Below are positions 1-8,495 of a DNA stretch of 64,000 bases, one piece after another. The translations under genes and the position numbers were made by a program. A model generated the notes under the pieces. The model saw only the letters and a list, made by a program, of their open reading frames with translations. It was not told the origin of the DNA and did no database searches. Position 1 is the first letter of the stretch. Each line of letters begins with the position of its first letter. The DNA comes from Bacteriovoracaceae bacterium (GTDB lineage: Bacteria; Bdellovibrionota; Bacteriovoracia; Bacteriovoracales; Bacteriovoracaceae), in assembly GCA_028101965.1 (NCBI GenBank), contig JAOHMI010000002.1:13438-77437 (forward strand), given 5' to 3'.

Positions 1-1779
1 GTATACGGGGACTCCGTGAATTTTCGTTCGTAATTGACCATCCTGAGGAGTCATGTTGTTAGTGATATCCATGTTTGATAACACCTTGAGGCGATTAATC
101 ATTTCCTTGCCCCCCTTTGCCATCATAAAACTTTCATCTTTTTCTTGAAGAACACCATCGATTCTCATACGGATACATAAGAATTGATTGAAAGGTTCAA
201 AATGCACATCAGATGCTCTGGAAGTGATTGCTTCAACGATAATATCATCTAGTATTTCCACGGGGGAAATAGTTCTACGAGGGTTTTGATTTAATGATCG
301 TGGATAAAATTGTTCCTTGAGAGAAGTTAAATGTTTGTCAAAGTAGCTTTCAGAGATAATTTGGAACCGCAAGCGAAGACTACCCAAATATCTTGATACG
401 TTTTGAAAAATGCTAGTATCATTTGGATTAACCAGCCCAATGAGTAATTCGTTTTGCTGTAAATCGAGTGGTAGTATTTTATTTCTCATCAAAATAGATA
501 AAGGGATAACTTGTTTTAAATTGTGAAATTGAGGAGGTTCATTTTCTTTTCGATAAGAAAGACCAATATTTCGATTGCTGCTCTGTAAATAATTGGCCAA
601 AAGCTTGGCCGTAGGGACACTTACCTGAGGGGATTTGATTATTGATGATAAAACCTTCTTATTAAGCTTATAAACATAACCTTCACCCATCGTACGGGCA
701 TAAGTTATATAGTTTTTCCCACATAAAACTTCGATAAGACCAAAACAATCAGAGGACTGTAGTCCCATTACTTTATTAAAGTTATTATTTTTTTGCTTTT
801 TACATATCTCAATTTCTCCTTCCATTAGGATGTAAACAAACTCAGGTGAGTCTTCTTCTTGGTAGATAAATTGGTCTTTAGAAAAGGTTTCCTTTTCAAG
901 GAGTGGTTTAATTTTATTATTGACCACAGTGGGAGATAATCCAGAAAAGAGGATGCAATTATTTAATATATCCTGTTCATCAGGTTCGTCATTTTCTCCA
1001 GGTGTTTGTGGCAAATTGATTTTATTTTTATACATGTAAGAAAGACGCTCAAAGACGATTTCGTATTCGGATTGTCCTATTAAATAGGTATCAATTTGCA
1101 ATTTTGGTTTCTTTAACTTTATCTGTGAGATCGCTTCTTGCTTACTTGGGTTGATGATGGCGACACTTAAAGTATTACTATGTAAGGCCAAGGGTAATAA
1201 TTGATTCCTTTTCCAAGTTTGAATGGGAAGAAAGCTTAAAATTTCTTCATTATATTGGATTAAAGCTGGTTTATAATAAGTAAGGTAGCTTTGTGTTGCT
1301 GTAAACTCGTAAGCAGTATTCGCAAGCTTCCCTAATAGGTTCCTTAGGAGTTGAGGAATTGATTGCAAGCATTCGAGAAAATCGCTGCCTGAAAGTTTTA
1401 ATAGGTTTGTTTGCGAAGTAGCATAACATGAAGCAGACTTTGGTGCGTTTGTGAGGATCGCAAACTCTGCAAAGTAAGCACCTGTATCTAATATGGCCAA
1501 TCGATTTATTTGCTTAGTAGAAGTTTCAAACTTAGTTAATTCAACACTACCGTTTAGAATAAAGAAGACATTATTATTAATTTCATTTTCTAAAAAAACT
1601 GGATCACCTTTTTTAAAATTTAGAACCATTGTTTTGGGAATTATTGATTGAATATCTTTAATGGGAACATTTTTGAATAGGGGTATCTGTTGAAAAAAAT
1701 CAACCAAATTTTCAGAAGAATCAGTATATTCATCAAGTTTGTGGGCCATCACAACTCTATTCGTCTGATTTGCTACCAT
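1..1779 (-). CDS. GspE/PilB-family secretion or type IV pilus ATPase, truncated at its C-terminus by the window edge. N-terminal region has cNMP-binding-like and T2SSE_N-like domains.
   Basis: Absent from the supplied ORF track because there is no stop codon in the window. My own minus-strand translation from the ATG at 1779 is open all the way to position 1 (593 codons). The last 80 codons read IVEAITSRASDVHFEPFNQFLCIRMRIDGVLQE...INRLKVLSNMDITNNMTPQDGQLRTKIHGVPVY, which matches the hallmark N-terminal ATPase-domain motifs of GspE/PilB. Upstream segments are cNMP-binding-like: FKNVP..GDPVF..FFILNGSVEL and LFSGLS..FIYQEEDSPEFVYILMEGEIEI. Confidence 0.75.
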   Translation of the reverse strand, partial: MVANQTNRVVMAHKLDEYTDSSENLVDFFQQIPLFKNVPIKDIQSIIPKTMVLNFKKGDPVFLENEINNNVFFILNGSVELTKFETSTKQINRLAILDTGAYFAEFAILTNAPKSASCYATSQTNLLKLSGSDFLECLQSIPQLLRNLLGKLANTAYEFTATQSYLTYYKPALIQYNEEILSFLPIQTWKRNQLLPLALHSNTLSVAIINPSKQEAISQIKLKKPKLQIDTYLIGQSEYEIVFERLSYMYKNKINLPQTPGENDEPDEQDILNNCILFSGLSPTVVNNKIKPLLEKETFSKDQFIYQEEDSPEFVYILMEGEIEICKKQKNNNFNKVMGLQSSDCFGLIEVLCGKNYITYARTMGEGYVYKLNKKVLSSIIKSPQVSVPTAKLLANYLQSSNRNIGLSYRKENEPPQFHNLKQVIPLSILMRNKILPLDLQQNELLIGLVNPNDTSIFQNVSRYLGSLRLRFQIISESYFDKHLTSLKEQFYPRSLNQNPRRTISPVEILDDIIVEAITSRASDVHFEPFNQFLCIRMRIDGVLQEKDESFMMAKGGKEMINRLKVLSNMDITNNMTPQDGQLRTKIHGVPVY

Positions 1780-1939
1780 TTTTGATTGAATCTCCCCCCA
1801 GCATAAAAGAGCAGCAGAATTTTCCTTTACGTGTTGAATTGGATCCTGTTAAGAAAGCTCAAATTTATTTCACCACACTTAGAGATCAATTAGATCACTC
1901 AAGTTATAAATGAATATTAACAAACCAAAGGAGAGTTTG

Positions 1940-2719
1940 ATGAAATTAATTCTTATTGCATTACTCGGGTTAAGTTTGAACGTCTTTTCACAGTCTAAGG
2001 ATGAAGCAGATGCTTTATGGCAACAAAGAGGTGATGACCTCAATAATGCCAAGCTAGCAGCTGAAATGTATGAGGAAGTTTCTAAGACAGTTTCAACTGA
2101 ACTTACTGCTGCTAAATTATTACTGGATGCTTCAAATGCTTACTACATCTACGCAGATTATAGTAAGGGGAAGAACCTCAAGAAAAAATTTCATACTAAA
2201 GGTATGAATGTAGCGATCCGTGCTCAAAACTTAATTAAAGATACTGAAGAGAAAGCACTTCTGGCTTTAGCTTACTATCGTCACGGAATTAACTTAGGAA
2301 AATGGGGAAAAGCAAATGGTGTTGCCTCTTCAATCAAGAAAGCTCCTAAGTTAAGAAGCCTAATGAAGAAAGTTATCAAAATGGGATTTGAGAGCATGGA
2401 ATTCTATGGTGCTCACAGAACATTAGGAAAATTAGACTTTGAAATTCCAAAGCCTTTAGGTGGATCTAAGAAGCGTGCTTATAAAGCATTAAAGATTGCT
2501 TTTGATAATACTCAAGATGAAAGTGGAGTTGCGAGTGTACTTGGAACGAATAACCTTTATTTAGCTGATTCATTTTCCAATCGTGGAAAAAAAGAAGAAG
2601 CGATAAAAATCTTGAAGGGATTTTTAACTTTAGATCCTTCAATTATTCCTGGACGGGAGTTTGAAACTAAAGCGGAAATGGAAATCGCAAAAGAGAAATT
2701 AGAAAAACTTTCTAAATAA
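1940..2719 (+). CDS. Secreted TPR-like protein, paralogue of the TatT-type TRAP accessory protein
   Basis: ORF 1910..2719. The preferred start is ATG 1940, 6 nt after AAGGAG. Signal peptide MKLILIALLGLSLNVFSQ. It shares the block NLGKWGK...GA.R..G...GGS..K with ORF 5059..5937. Confidence 0.45.
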   Translation: MKLILIALLGLSLNVFSQSKDEADALWQQRGDDLNNAKLAAEMYEEVSKTVSTELTAAKLLLDASNAYYIYADYSKGKNLKKKFHTKGMNVAIRAQNLIKDTEEKALLALAYYRHGINLGKWGKANGVASSIKKAPKLRSLMKKVIKMGFESMEFYGAHRTLGKLDFEIPKPLGGSKKRAYKALKIAFDNTQDESGVASVLGTNNLYLADSFSNRGKKEEAIKILKGFLTLDPSIIPGREFETKAEMEIAKEKLEKLSK

Positions 2720-2726
2720 AACATAG

Positions 2727-2756
2727 AGGGAGGAGAAAACCTCCCTTCTTTTTTTT
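2727..2756 (+). terminator. Rho-independent terminator
   Basis: Stem-loop AGGGAGG-AGAAAA-CCTCCCT followed directly by TCTTTTTTTT, just after the stop codon at 2719. Confidence 0.6.
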
Positions 2757-2766
2757 GGGAATAATT

Positions 2767-4029
2767 ATGATAAACAATAAATTTTTAATTATTTTTTACT
2801 TATTAACATTTAGTTTATTTGCTAACGAAGGAAACTTGCGTTTTCCCATGGCTTTTGAAAATGCCAATGTTTTACCCAAGGGTATTAGAAATGTGCAAAT
2901 CAGAAATGGGCAATATGTGGCCAGAGATAAGTATGATAATGATGGAAATGTGCAAAATTTAGGTGCACCTCTAAATAAGGATGTTAAGTTTCTCGACTTT
3001 GTGGATGCCCAAGAAACTGAGTTTAAAAAGGGACAACTGCAAGGAGCGCTCAAGGCAGGTGGTGTCTCAGAAAATGATATTGCAGGTGAAACCACAGGTC
3101 AGGTTCAAATCGATATTGATGCTCAAGTTCCTATCTTTGCTTACGGTGTAACTGAAAAATGGACCACAGCATTTGCTATACCTATTGTAACAACTAAGGT
3201 TGATATTAAAACAGGTTTTAAGTCTTCAGGTACTTCTGATTCATTCGTTTCTCAAGAGTTTGTTTCCAAAGGTTTGAGAAATAAAGCTTATGAGATGCAA
3301 TCTAAAACGGATCAGGCAATTAAAAGAAAGTTGAGAAGATATGATTATGATGACGATTTAGAAGATCGAGAAGAGACTCGATTGGGAGATATCGTTCTCG
3401 TTAATAAGTATAATGTAATTAAAAATAAAAAATCAGTTTTAACCTTGAGAGGAGATTTGGTTTTACCAACCGGTGAAACTACTGATGTCGACAGGGCGGT
3501 TGATGTTGGAAGTGGTGATGGTCAGATGGATATTGGAATTGGTGGAGCCTATACATACTTCCTCAATGATACTTTCTCTTTAACCACATTTCTTTCTTAT
3601 ACAAATCAAATGGCAGCTTATGGTGTTGATCGCAGAATTCCTGAAAAAGCTAGTACTAAAGTTACTCCTGATATCGATCGTAATACACGAGTGGACCTTG
3701 GGGACCAATATATCGGGCAAATTTATTTATCAGCGAAAATTGGCGAAACTCCCTTCACTTTAATGGGAGGATTTCATGCTGCTCTAAAAGAAGAAGATCG
3801 GTATTCCGGGGATAAATATAGTTCGAGAAGGTATAATTACTTGAATCGGGACACTGATCAAGAAATGCATGCAACTTTAGCCGGTATGACATTTTCAACG
3901 GTGGGAATGTTTCGCCGAGGAGAGTTCAAAGTACCTTTGCAGATTTCTTTAATGGGCACAAATGTTTATCGCGGAAGAAATGCCATTAAAGATAATTTAA
4001 CTTCATTTGAATTTAGTTTATTTTTCTAA
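2767..4029 (+). CDS. Outer-membrane beta-barrel protein (family not recognised)
   Basis: ORF 2755..4029, with an ATG at 2767. Hydrophobic leader FLIIFYLLTFSLFANEG. Gly- and aromatic-rich alternating segments. The C-terminus ...SFEFSLFF ends in Phe, as is typical of OM barrels. Confidence 0.5.
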   Translation: MINNKFLIIFYLLTFSLFANEGNLRFPMAFENANVLPKGIRNVQIRNGQYVARDKYDNDGNVQNLGAPLNKDVKFLDFVDAQETEFKKGQLQGALKAGGVSENDIAGETTGQVQIDIDAQVPIFAYGVTEKWTTAFAIPIVTTKVDIKTGFKSSGTSDSFVSQEFVSKGLRNKAYEMQSKTDQAIKRKLRRYDYDDDLEDREETRLGDIVLVNKYNVIKNKKSVLTLRGDLVLPTGETTDVDRAVDVGSGDGQMDIGIGGAYTYFLNDTFSLTTFLSYTNQMAAYGVDRRIPEKASTKVTPDIDRNTRVDLGDQYIGQIYLSAKIGETPFTLMGGFHAALKEEDRYSGDKYSSRRYNYLNRDTDQEMHATLAGMTFSTVGMFRRGEFKVPLQISLMGTNVYRGRNAIKDNLTSFEFSLFF

Positions 4030-4038
4030 GGAAGCTTT

Positions 4039-5004
4039 ATGAAATTAATAAACCTATTATTGACAACTATTTTACTAAGTGCCTGCTGGCAGGAGAACCC
4101 TAAGCCTTATGGCAATTCAAAGAAATCAGTAAAAATTACTAAAATGTTTTCAAATTTGAATTTTGAAAATTACAAAGATGAGCCCGAAACAGCGACAATA
4201 TTCTTCATGCCTTCAAAGGATGAATTACGAGGGAAGAATTATCAAGAGGAAATAAAAAATCGCTATGCAAATTTAATTATTTTCTCTCAAAAGTTTGATG
4301 ATCATTATGTGGCCATGAATGAGGAAAGACCAGTTCTTGAAGAATTGAAGGAAAAGCATGAATGTGAGTTCTGGGATAGAGAAGAGCCAGAGGATCGAAA
4401 AAATCATAGTGATGAGTGCCTAGCTCTTTTTGATCGAGAGTATGAGTTAGGAGATAGAGATGCGCATTTATTGGGTGTTATGGAGTCACAGGTAAACGTA
4501 GGTAAACGAAATAATTGGTTTAAGCCATCTGGGTTTGGTTCTGTAATAAATTTAGCAGACCTTTCGAAAAATAAAAAAACAGGTATTTTTCTCTCTGAGT
4601 TAGATTATTATGGCAATAGTTACTCTCAAGACGACAAAGACATTTTTAATGTTAAATATTATCAACTGGACGAAGAGAAATCAGTAGGAATGCTTGAGTT
4701 CATTCTAAAAGAAAAAGGCGAAAGTGAAAAGTATAACGATATCATTTGGGAGTTTAAGTTAGAAGTTTCAACTTTTGATAAATACCTTCGGTTGAAAGGA
4801 GATGTCATTAAGAAGAAAATAATTCGAGATGATAATGATATTCCAGTTGGCCATGTGGAATTACAACAAGGGTCTGCCAAATTTGACTTTCCTCCAAAGG
4901 GAAGTGATGAGGGAGATTGGGATGATGATGAAGATGATTGGGATGATGATGATGGTGATGACTGGGACGATGAAGAAACCAGTGATGAAGATTGGGACCT
5001 TTAA
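4039..5004 (+). CDS. Lipoprotein with an extremely acidic Trp-Asp repeat C-terminal tail
   Basis: Lipobox LLSAC near the N-terminus. The C-terminus reads GDWDDDEDDWDDDDGDDWDDEETSDEDWDL. Confidence 0.6.
   Translation: MKLINLLLTTILLSACWQENPKPYGNSKKSVKITKMFSNLNFENYKDEPETATIFFMPSKDELRGKNYQEEIKNRYANLIIFSQKFDDHYVAMNEERPVLEELKEKHECEFWDREEPEDRKNHSDECLALFDREYELGDRDAHLLGVMESQVNVGKRNNWFKPSGFGSVINLADLSKNKKTGIFLSELDYYGNSYSQDDKDIFNVKYYQLDEEKSVGMLEFILKEKGESEKYNDIIWEFKLEVSTFDKYLRLKGDVIKKKIIRDDNDIPVGHVELQQGSAKFDFPPKGSDEGDWDDDEDDWDDDDGDDWDDEETSDEDWDL
4900..5001 (+). repeat. Imperfect GAT/TGG coding micro-repeat encoding the DWDD(D/E) tail
   Basis: The unit gattgggatgatgatga is reiterated with variants. It also generates the spurious alternate-frame ORF 4829..5023. 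Confidence 0.7.
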
Positions 5005-5058
5005 AGAGAATTTTGAAATATAATTAATAAAGATAATAATAAAACAAAGGATTATCCA

Positions 5059-5937
5059 ATGAAAATGAATTTAATAATACTTAGTTTTTTGAGTATGGCA
5101 TTATTAGTTTCATGTGCCAGTCACAAAACTGCCTTTGATGAAGGAAGCTCAGCAAAAAATTTTGTTGAACGAGAAAAATTAAAGAATGATATTGAAGTTG
5201 CTTTGAGTGATTGGTCTCAACGACATAAATCCGAAAAGTTAAATAAGGCTATTCAAAATCTAGAGAAAATTGCAGCTAAAACAGACGATAATAAAGATCT
5301 TTTAACTACTTTAGCTCGTGCTTATTACTTTAAAGCTGAATATTTTGCAAAAGAGAAAAATGAAAAAATGAGTTATTGGGAAAAAGGAGCTTACTATGGT
5401 GAGAAAGCCATAATTTCAGGAAATAAAGAGTTAGCATCTTTTTTGATTGAAGGTGAGAAACTTGAAAATCATTTAGATAAATTAAAGAAAGAAGACACTC
5501 CAGCATTATATTGGGTCGCTTCTAATTTAGGGAAATGGGGAAAATCAAAAGGGATTACAACTATTCTAAAATATAAAGGCACAATTAAAAAATACATTTC
5601 TAAAGTTGAGCAATCTGACAATAAGTTTTTCCATGGAGCAGCATACCGGTATTGGGGAGCTTATTATGCAGTGGCACCCGCTTTTGCAGGTGGAAGCTTA
5701 GAAAAATCAGAAGTTTACTTTGGTAAAAGTATGGATGTATCAACACAATATCTCGGAACTTATATTTTAAAAGCACAATTTCTTGCTACGAAGAAAAGAG
5801 ATAAAGCTCTTTTTAGCAAACTTTTAAATAAAGTTATTCAAACTAAACTTGATCCAAAATTTGAGGATTACCCAGATAATTTAAAGGCCAAAGAGATGGC
5901 AAAAAAGTTATTAAGTGAAAAAGATGATTTGTTTTAA
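5059..5937 (+). CDS. TatT-type TPR lipoprotein (T-component of a TPR-protein-associated TRAP transporter)
   Basis: Lipobox LLVSC. Helical repeat composition. The gene lies 20 nt upstream of a DctP-type binding protein, which is the TatT-like family context. The family assignment comes from memory of its motifs and context, not from a search. Confidence 0.55.
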   Translation: MKMNLIILSFLSMALLVSCASHKTAFDEGSSAKNFVEREKLKNDIEVALSDWSQRHKSEKLNKAIQNLEKIAAKTDDNKDLLTTLARAYYFKAEYFAKEKNEKMSYWEKGAYYGEKAIISGNKELASFLIEGEKLENHLDKLKKEDTPALYWVASNLGKWGKSKGITTILKYKGTIKKYISKVEQSDNKFFHGAAYRYWGAYYAVAPAFAGGSLEKSEVYFGKSMDVSTQYLGTYILKAQFLATKKRDKALFSKLLNKVIQTKLDPKFEDYPDNLKAKEMAKKLLSEKDDLF

Positions 5938-5956
5938 TCTAAGCTAGGAAAAAAAT

Positions 5957-6973
5957 ATGAAATATAGTTATATCTTTATAACATTAATCTTATCAATTTC
6001 AATGTCAGTTTCGGCTAAGACTCGAAAAGTTAAATTTGGAACTCTTGCTCCAGATGGAACTCCCTGGGCAGACCAACTGAATTTAATTAAAACTCAAGTT
6101 GAAAAAGAGTCAAAGAATAAAATTAAAGTTAAAGTTTTTTTGGGCGGTCAACTTGGAGGAGAAAGGGAAGTAATCGAAAAGGTTCGTCGCGGACATATCC
6201 AAGGAGCTGGGATAACTATGGCCGCTATTTCAAACGTAATCCCAGAATTAGATGTATTAGAAGTTCCTTATTTGTTTGAGTCTAATGAAGAGGTAGATTA
6301 CGTTTTGGATAAAGTTCTTCTTCCTGAAATTAGCAAGCTTTTTGATGAAAAGGATTTAATTCTTGTTAGTTTAGCCGAAAATGGCTGGAGAAGCATTGGA
6401 CATAAGTCTATCCTTGTAAAGTCTCCTAAGGATTTAAAGGGACAAAAAATGCGTTCTCAAGAATCAAAAGTGCATTTGGAGTTCTGGAAAAGCATGGGCG
6501 CAAGTCCTGTGGCCATATCGATACCTGAAGTTTTAACAAGCCTTCAAACTGGAATGGTGAAGGGGTATGATAATACACCTTTATTCATGGTAGCAGCTGA
6601 ATGGAATACGGCCATTAAGAATTACAGCTTAACTCGGCATATATATCAAGCTGCTGCAATTATTTATTCAAAAAAGTTTTGGAAAAAACTTACTCCTGAA
6701 GAGCAGAAAATCTTAATGGGTAAAGGAAATGAGTTAGCAAAAGAGGTGAGGGCTTCTGTAAGAAAGCTGGATGTCGAACTGATTGGTGTGATCAAAGAAA
6801 GTGGAGTTAAGGTTCACGAACTTTCTGTTAAAGAAAAAGGTGAATTCAGTAAACTTCTTTCCCTGAAAAGAAAAAGTATTGTGAAAGAGCTTGGACCTCG
6901 AGCCGAAGCTTTTTATCAAAAGGTACTTACTGGAAAAAAGAAATATAAAGAAACTAAAACGAAATTGAAGTAA
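5957..6973 (+). CDS. dctP: TRAP transporter periplasmic solute-binding protein, DctP family
   Basis: Signal peptide followed by FGTLAPDGTPWADQL...VFLGGQLGGEREVIEKVRRGHIQGAG...LEVPYLF...ENGWRSIG, which is typical DctP-family sequence. Confidence 0.85.
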   Translation: MKYSYIFITLILSISMSVSAKTRKVKFGTLAPDGTPWADQLNLIKTQVEKESKNKIKVKVFLGGQLGGEREVIEKVRRGHIQGAGITMAAISNVIPELDVLEVPYLFESNEEVDYVLDKVLLPEISKLFDEKDLILVSLAENGWRSIGHKSILVKSPKDLKGQKMRSQESKVHLEFWKSMGASPVAISIPEVLTSLQTGMVKGYDNTPLFMVAAEWNTAIKNYSLTRHIYQAAAIIYSKKFWKKLTPEEQKILMGKGNELAKEVRASVRKLDVELIGVIKESGVKVHELSVKEKGEFSKLLSLKRKSIVKELGPRAEAFYQKVLTGKKKYKETKTKLK

Positions 6974-6974
6974 A

Positions 6975-7820
6975 TTATAGTGAGGAGAGGTAGTTAATGG
7001 CTTGCTCCTCATTTACTTCATCTTCAAAATTATAATTATAGGTAATTCGATTATTTGGACCTGCATCGAAGTAAATCCGAACATCATCTAAATCGATACT
7101 ATCATTGTTGGAGCTATCCTCTCTTCCGAAAACTAGCTCAATCCCTCGATCAGAGAAACATGCATTTGGATTAGCGTTAAGCAAAGAATTAAGGTTGAGT
7201 GCCATTCCTGATGAAATATGCGGTAAACCAGAACCTAAACTATCATCTCCGGCCATATAGACTTTGTCATAACTTTGAAATTGGTATTTATTCATTTGTC
7301 CAATGGGACCTGGCCCCATATTCAGCCCCGCAGAGTCTTCAGTTACCATATAATCAACAACGATTTCATAGACTTCAGAATCATTTTCATCACAGTTTGG
7401 AGAGATGAAAAGGTGAGAGACTAGGTTATTTATTTGTGGACTGCTAATTACTTTTTTAGCCCTAGTATAATACGACATGTATTTAAAAGAAGATATTGAT
7501 TCTCCTTTAACGTCAGTAAATTTTATGCGAGCTCGATGATCACCTGCGACTGCTTGAGATGACAATGAGATTTGGGCAAATCTGTTGTCCTTATTTTCAA
7601 TTAAAGAAAACTTTGCATTTTTCTTTCCGTCTGGGATAACACCGGGAACTGAACTGGAAAGAAACTCGGTTGATTTCAAACTCTCCGTTTGTCCCTCAGG
7701 AAGAGGGGCATTGGCACCTATTCCGTCTAAAGTTTCGAAAGGTTGGTATTTACCATTTCCTTTTCCACAGCCAATTAGTAAAAATAGTAGTGATAAGCTA
7801 CTCATGATTGATCTATACAT
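6975..7820 (-). CDS. Lipoprotein of unknown function, antisense to the surrounding TRAP genes
   Basis: ORF 6975..7889. The preferred start is the ATG at 7820, 7 nt after GAGGA. Lipobox LLIGCGKG. The plus-strand ORFs in this interval have no export signal or RBS. Confidence 0.55.
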   Translation of the reverse strand: MYRSIMSSLSLLFLLIGCGKGNGKYQPFETLDGIGANAPLPEGQTESLKSTEFLSSSVPGVIPDGKKNAKFSLIENKDNRFAQISLSSQAVAGDHRARIKFTDVKGESISSFKYMSYYTRAKKVISSPQINNLVSHLFISPNCDENDSEVYEIVVDYMVTEDSAGLNMGPGPIGQMNKYQFQSYDKVYMAGDDSLGSGLPHISSGMALNLNSLLNANPNACFSDRGIELVFGREDSSNNDSIDLDDVRIYFDAGPNNRITYNYNFEDEVNEEQAINYLSSL

Positions 7821-7994
7821 TAATTTTCCTCTATGTCTCCCTTTTAGTTTACCATCGTTAAAAGGTTGGGAATTAGTCCATTTTCGCAAAATTAAATATT
7901 TTTGATGAGTTATATTCCTAATTAGGTGTATAAATTCTTCTTCAGCGACTGATTAAATTGGCAATTGAGACACGGTATATTATAGCTTCAAATT

Positions 7995-8495
7995 ATGAAA
8001 ACAATTCTGGGCATTGATAAAGTCATATTAAAATTGGAGCGAATGACCATATTTACTCTACTTTTTATTATGTGCACATCTCTTATTTTTGATGTCTTAT
8101 TAAGAGAAATCTTTAGCTATTCCTTAGTATGGGCTCAGAAATTATCCGTCTATCTTATGATTTGGATTGGTCTAATTGGCGCATCTGTTGTCATGAAAAA
8201 AAATGAGCACTTAGCTCCAACAATTGGTGAAAAACTCACTAAAAAGTACTTGGGGAAACTATACATTATCTTAAAGTATTCAATCTTAACTTCTTTTTGT
8301 TTTTATTTGTGTTACTACAGTTTTCTCTACGTTCATGAAAGCTATGAATTTGCAGATAAGAGTTTAGTTTTCTCAATCCCTCAATGGTGTTTTCAATTAA
8401 TCTTTATTTATGTCTTTTTTATGGTGGGTTTTCGCTCATTAATACACTTCTTACTTGATTTCTCCGAAAGTAAAAAACCTGAGGTAAAGGAATGA
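7995..8495 (+). CDS. dctQ: TRAP transporter small permease, DctQ family
   Basis: A 166-aa protein with four predicted TM helices. It shares an ATGA start/stop overlap with the downstream DctM gene. Confidence 0.8.
   Translation: MKTILGIDKVILKLERMTIFTLLFIMCTSLIFDVLLREIFSYSLVWAQKLSVYLMIWIGLIGASVVMKKNEHLAPTIGEKLTKKYLGKLYIILKYSILTSFCFYLCYYSFLYVHESYEFADKSLVFSIPQWCFQLIFIYVFFMVGFRSLIHFLLDFSESKKPEVKE

Noticed and set aside
2796-3095. Minus-strand 99-aa ORF inside the OM-barrel gene. Similar antisense ORFs occur at 4662..4880, 10318..10569, 11230..11442, 15572..16014, 19087..19539, 20253..20543, 22508..23095, 24664..25224 and elsewhere.
   Set aside because: These are shadow ORFs lying entirely within longer ORFs that have recognisable motifs. 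None has an RBS, an export signal or a family signature. Such ORFs are expected by chance in AT-rich DNA.
4829-5023. Alternate-frame 64-aa ORF rich in Met/Ile/Gly over the end of the lipoprotein gene
   Set aside because: It is produced by reading the GAT/TGG micro-repeat in another frame. It has no independent start context.
7199-7905. Two plus-strand ORFs (7199..7408 and 7585..7905) that would keep the TRAP operon on one strand
   Set aside because: Both are short and have odd composition, with no RBS or motif. The minus-strand ORF is one continuous 282-304 codon frame with an RBS and a classic lipobox.
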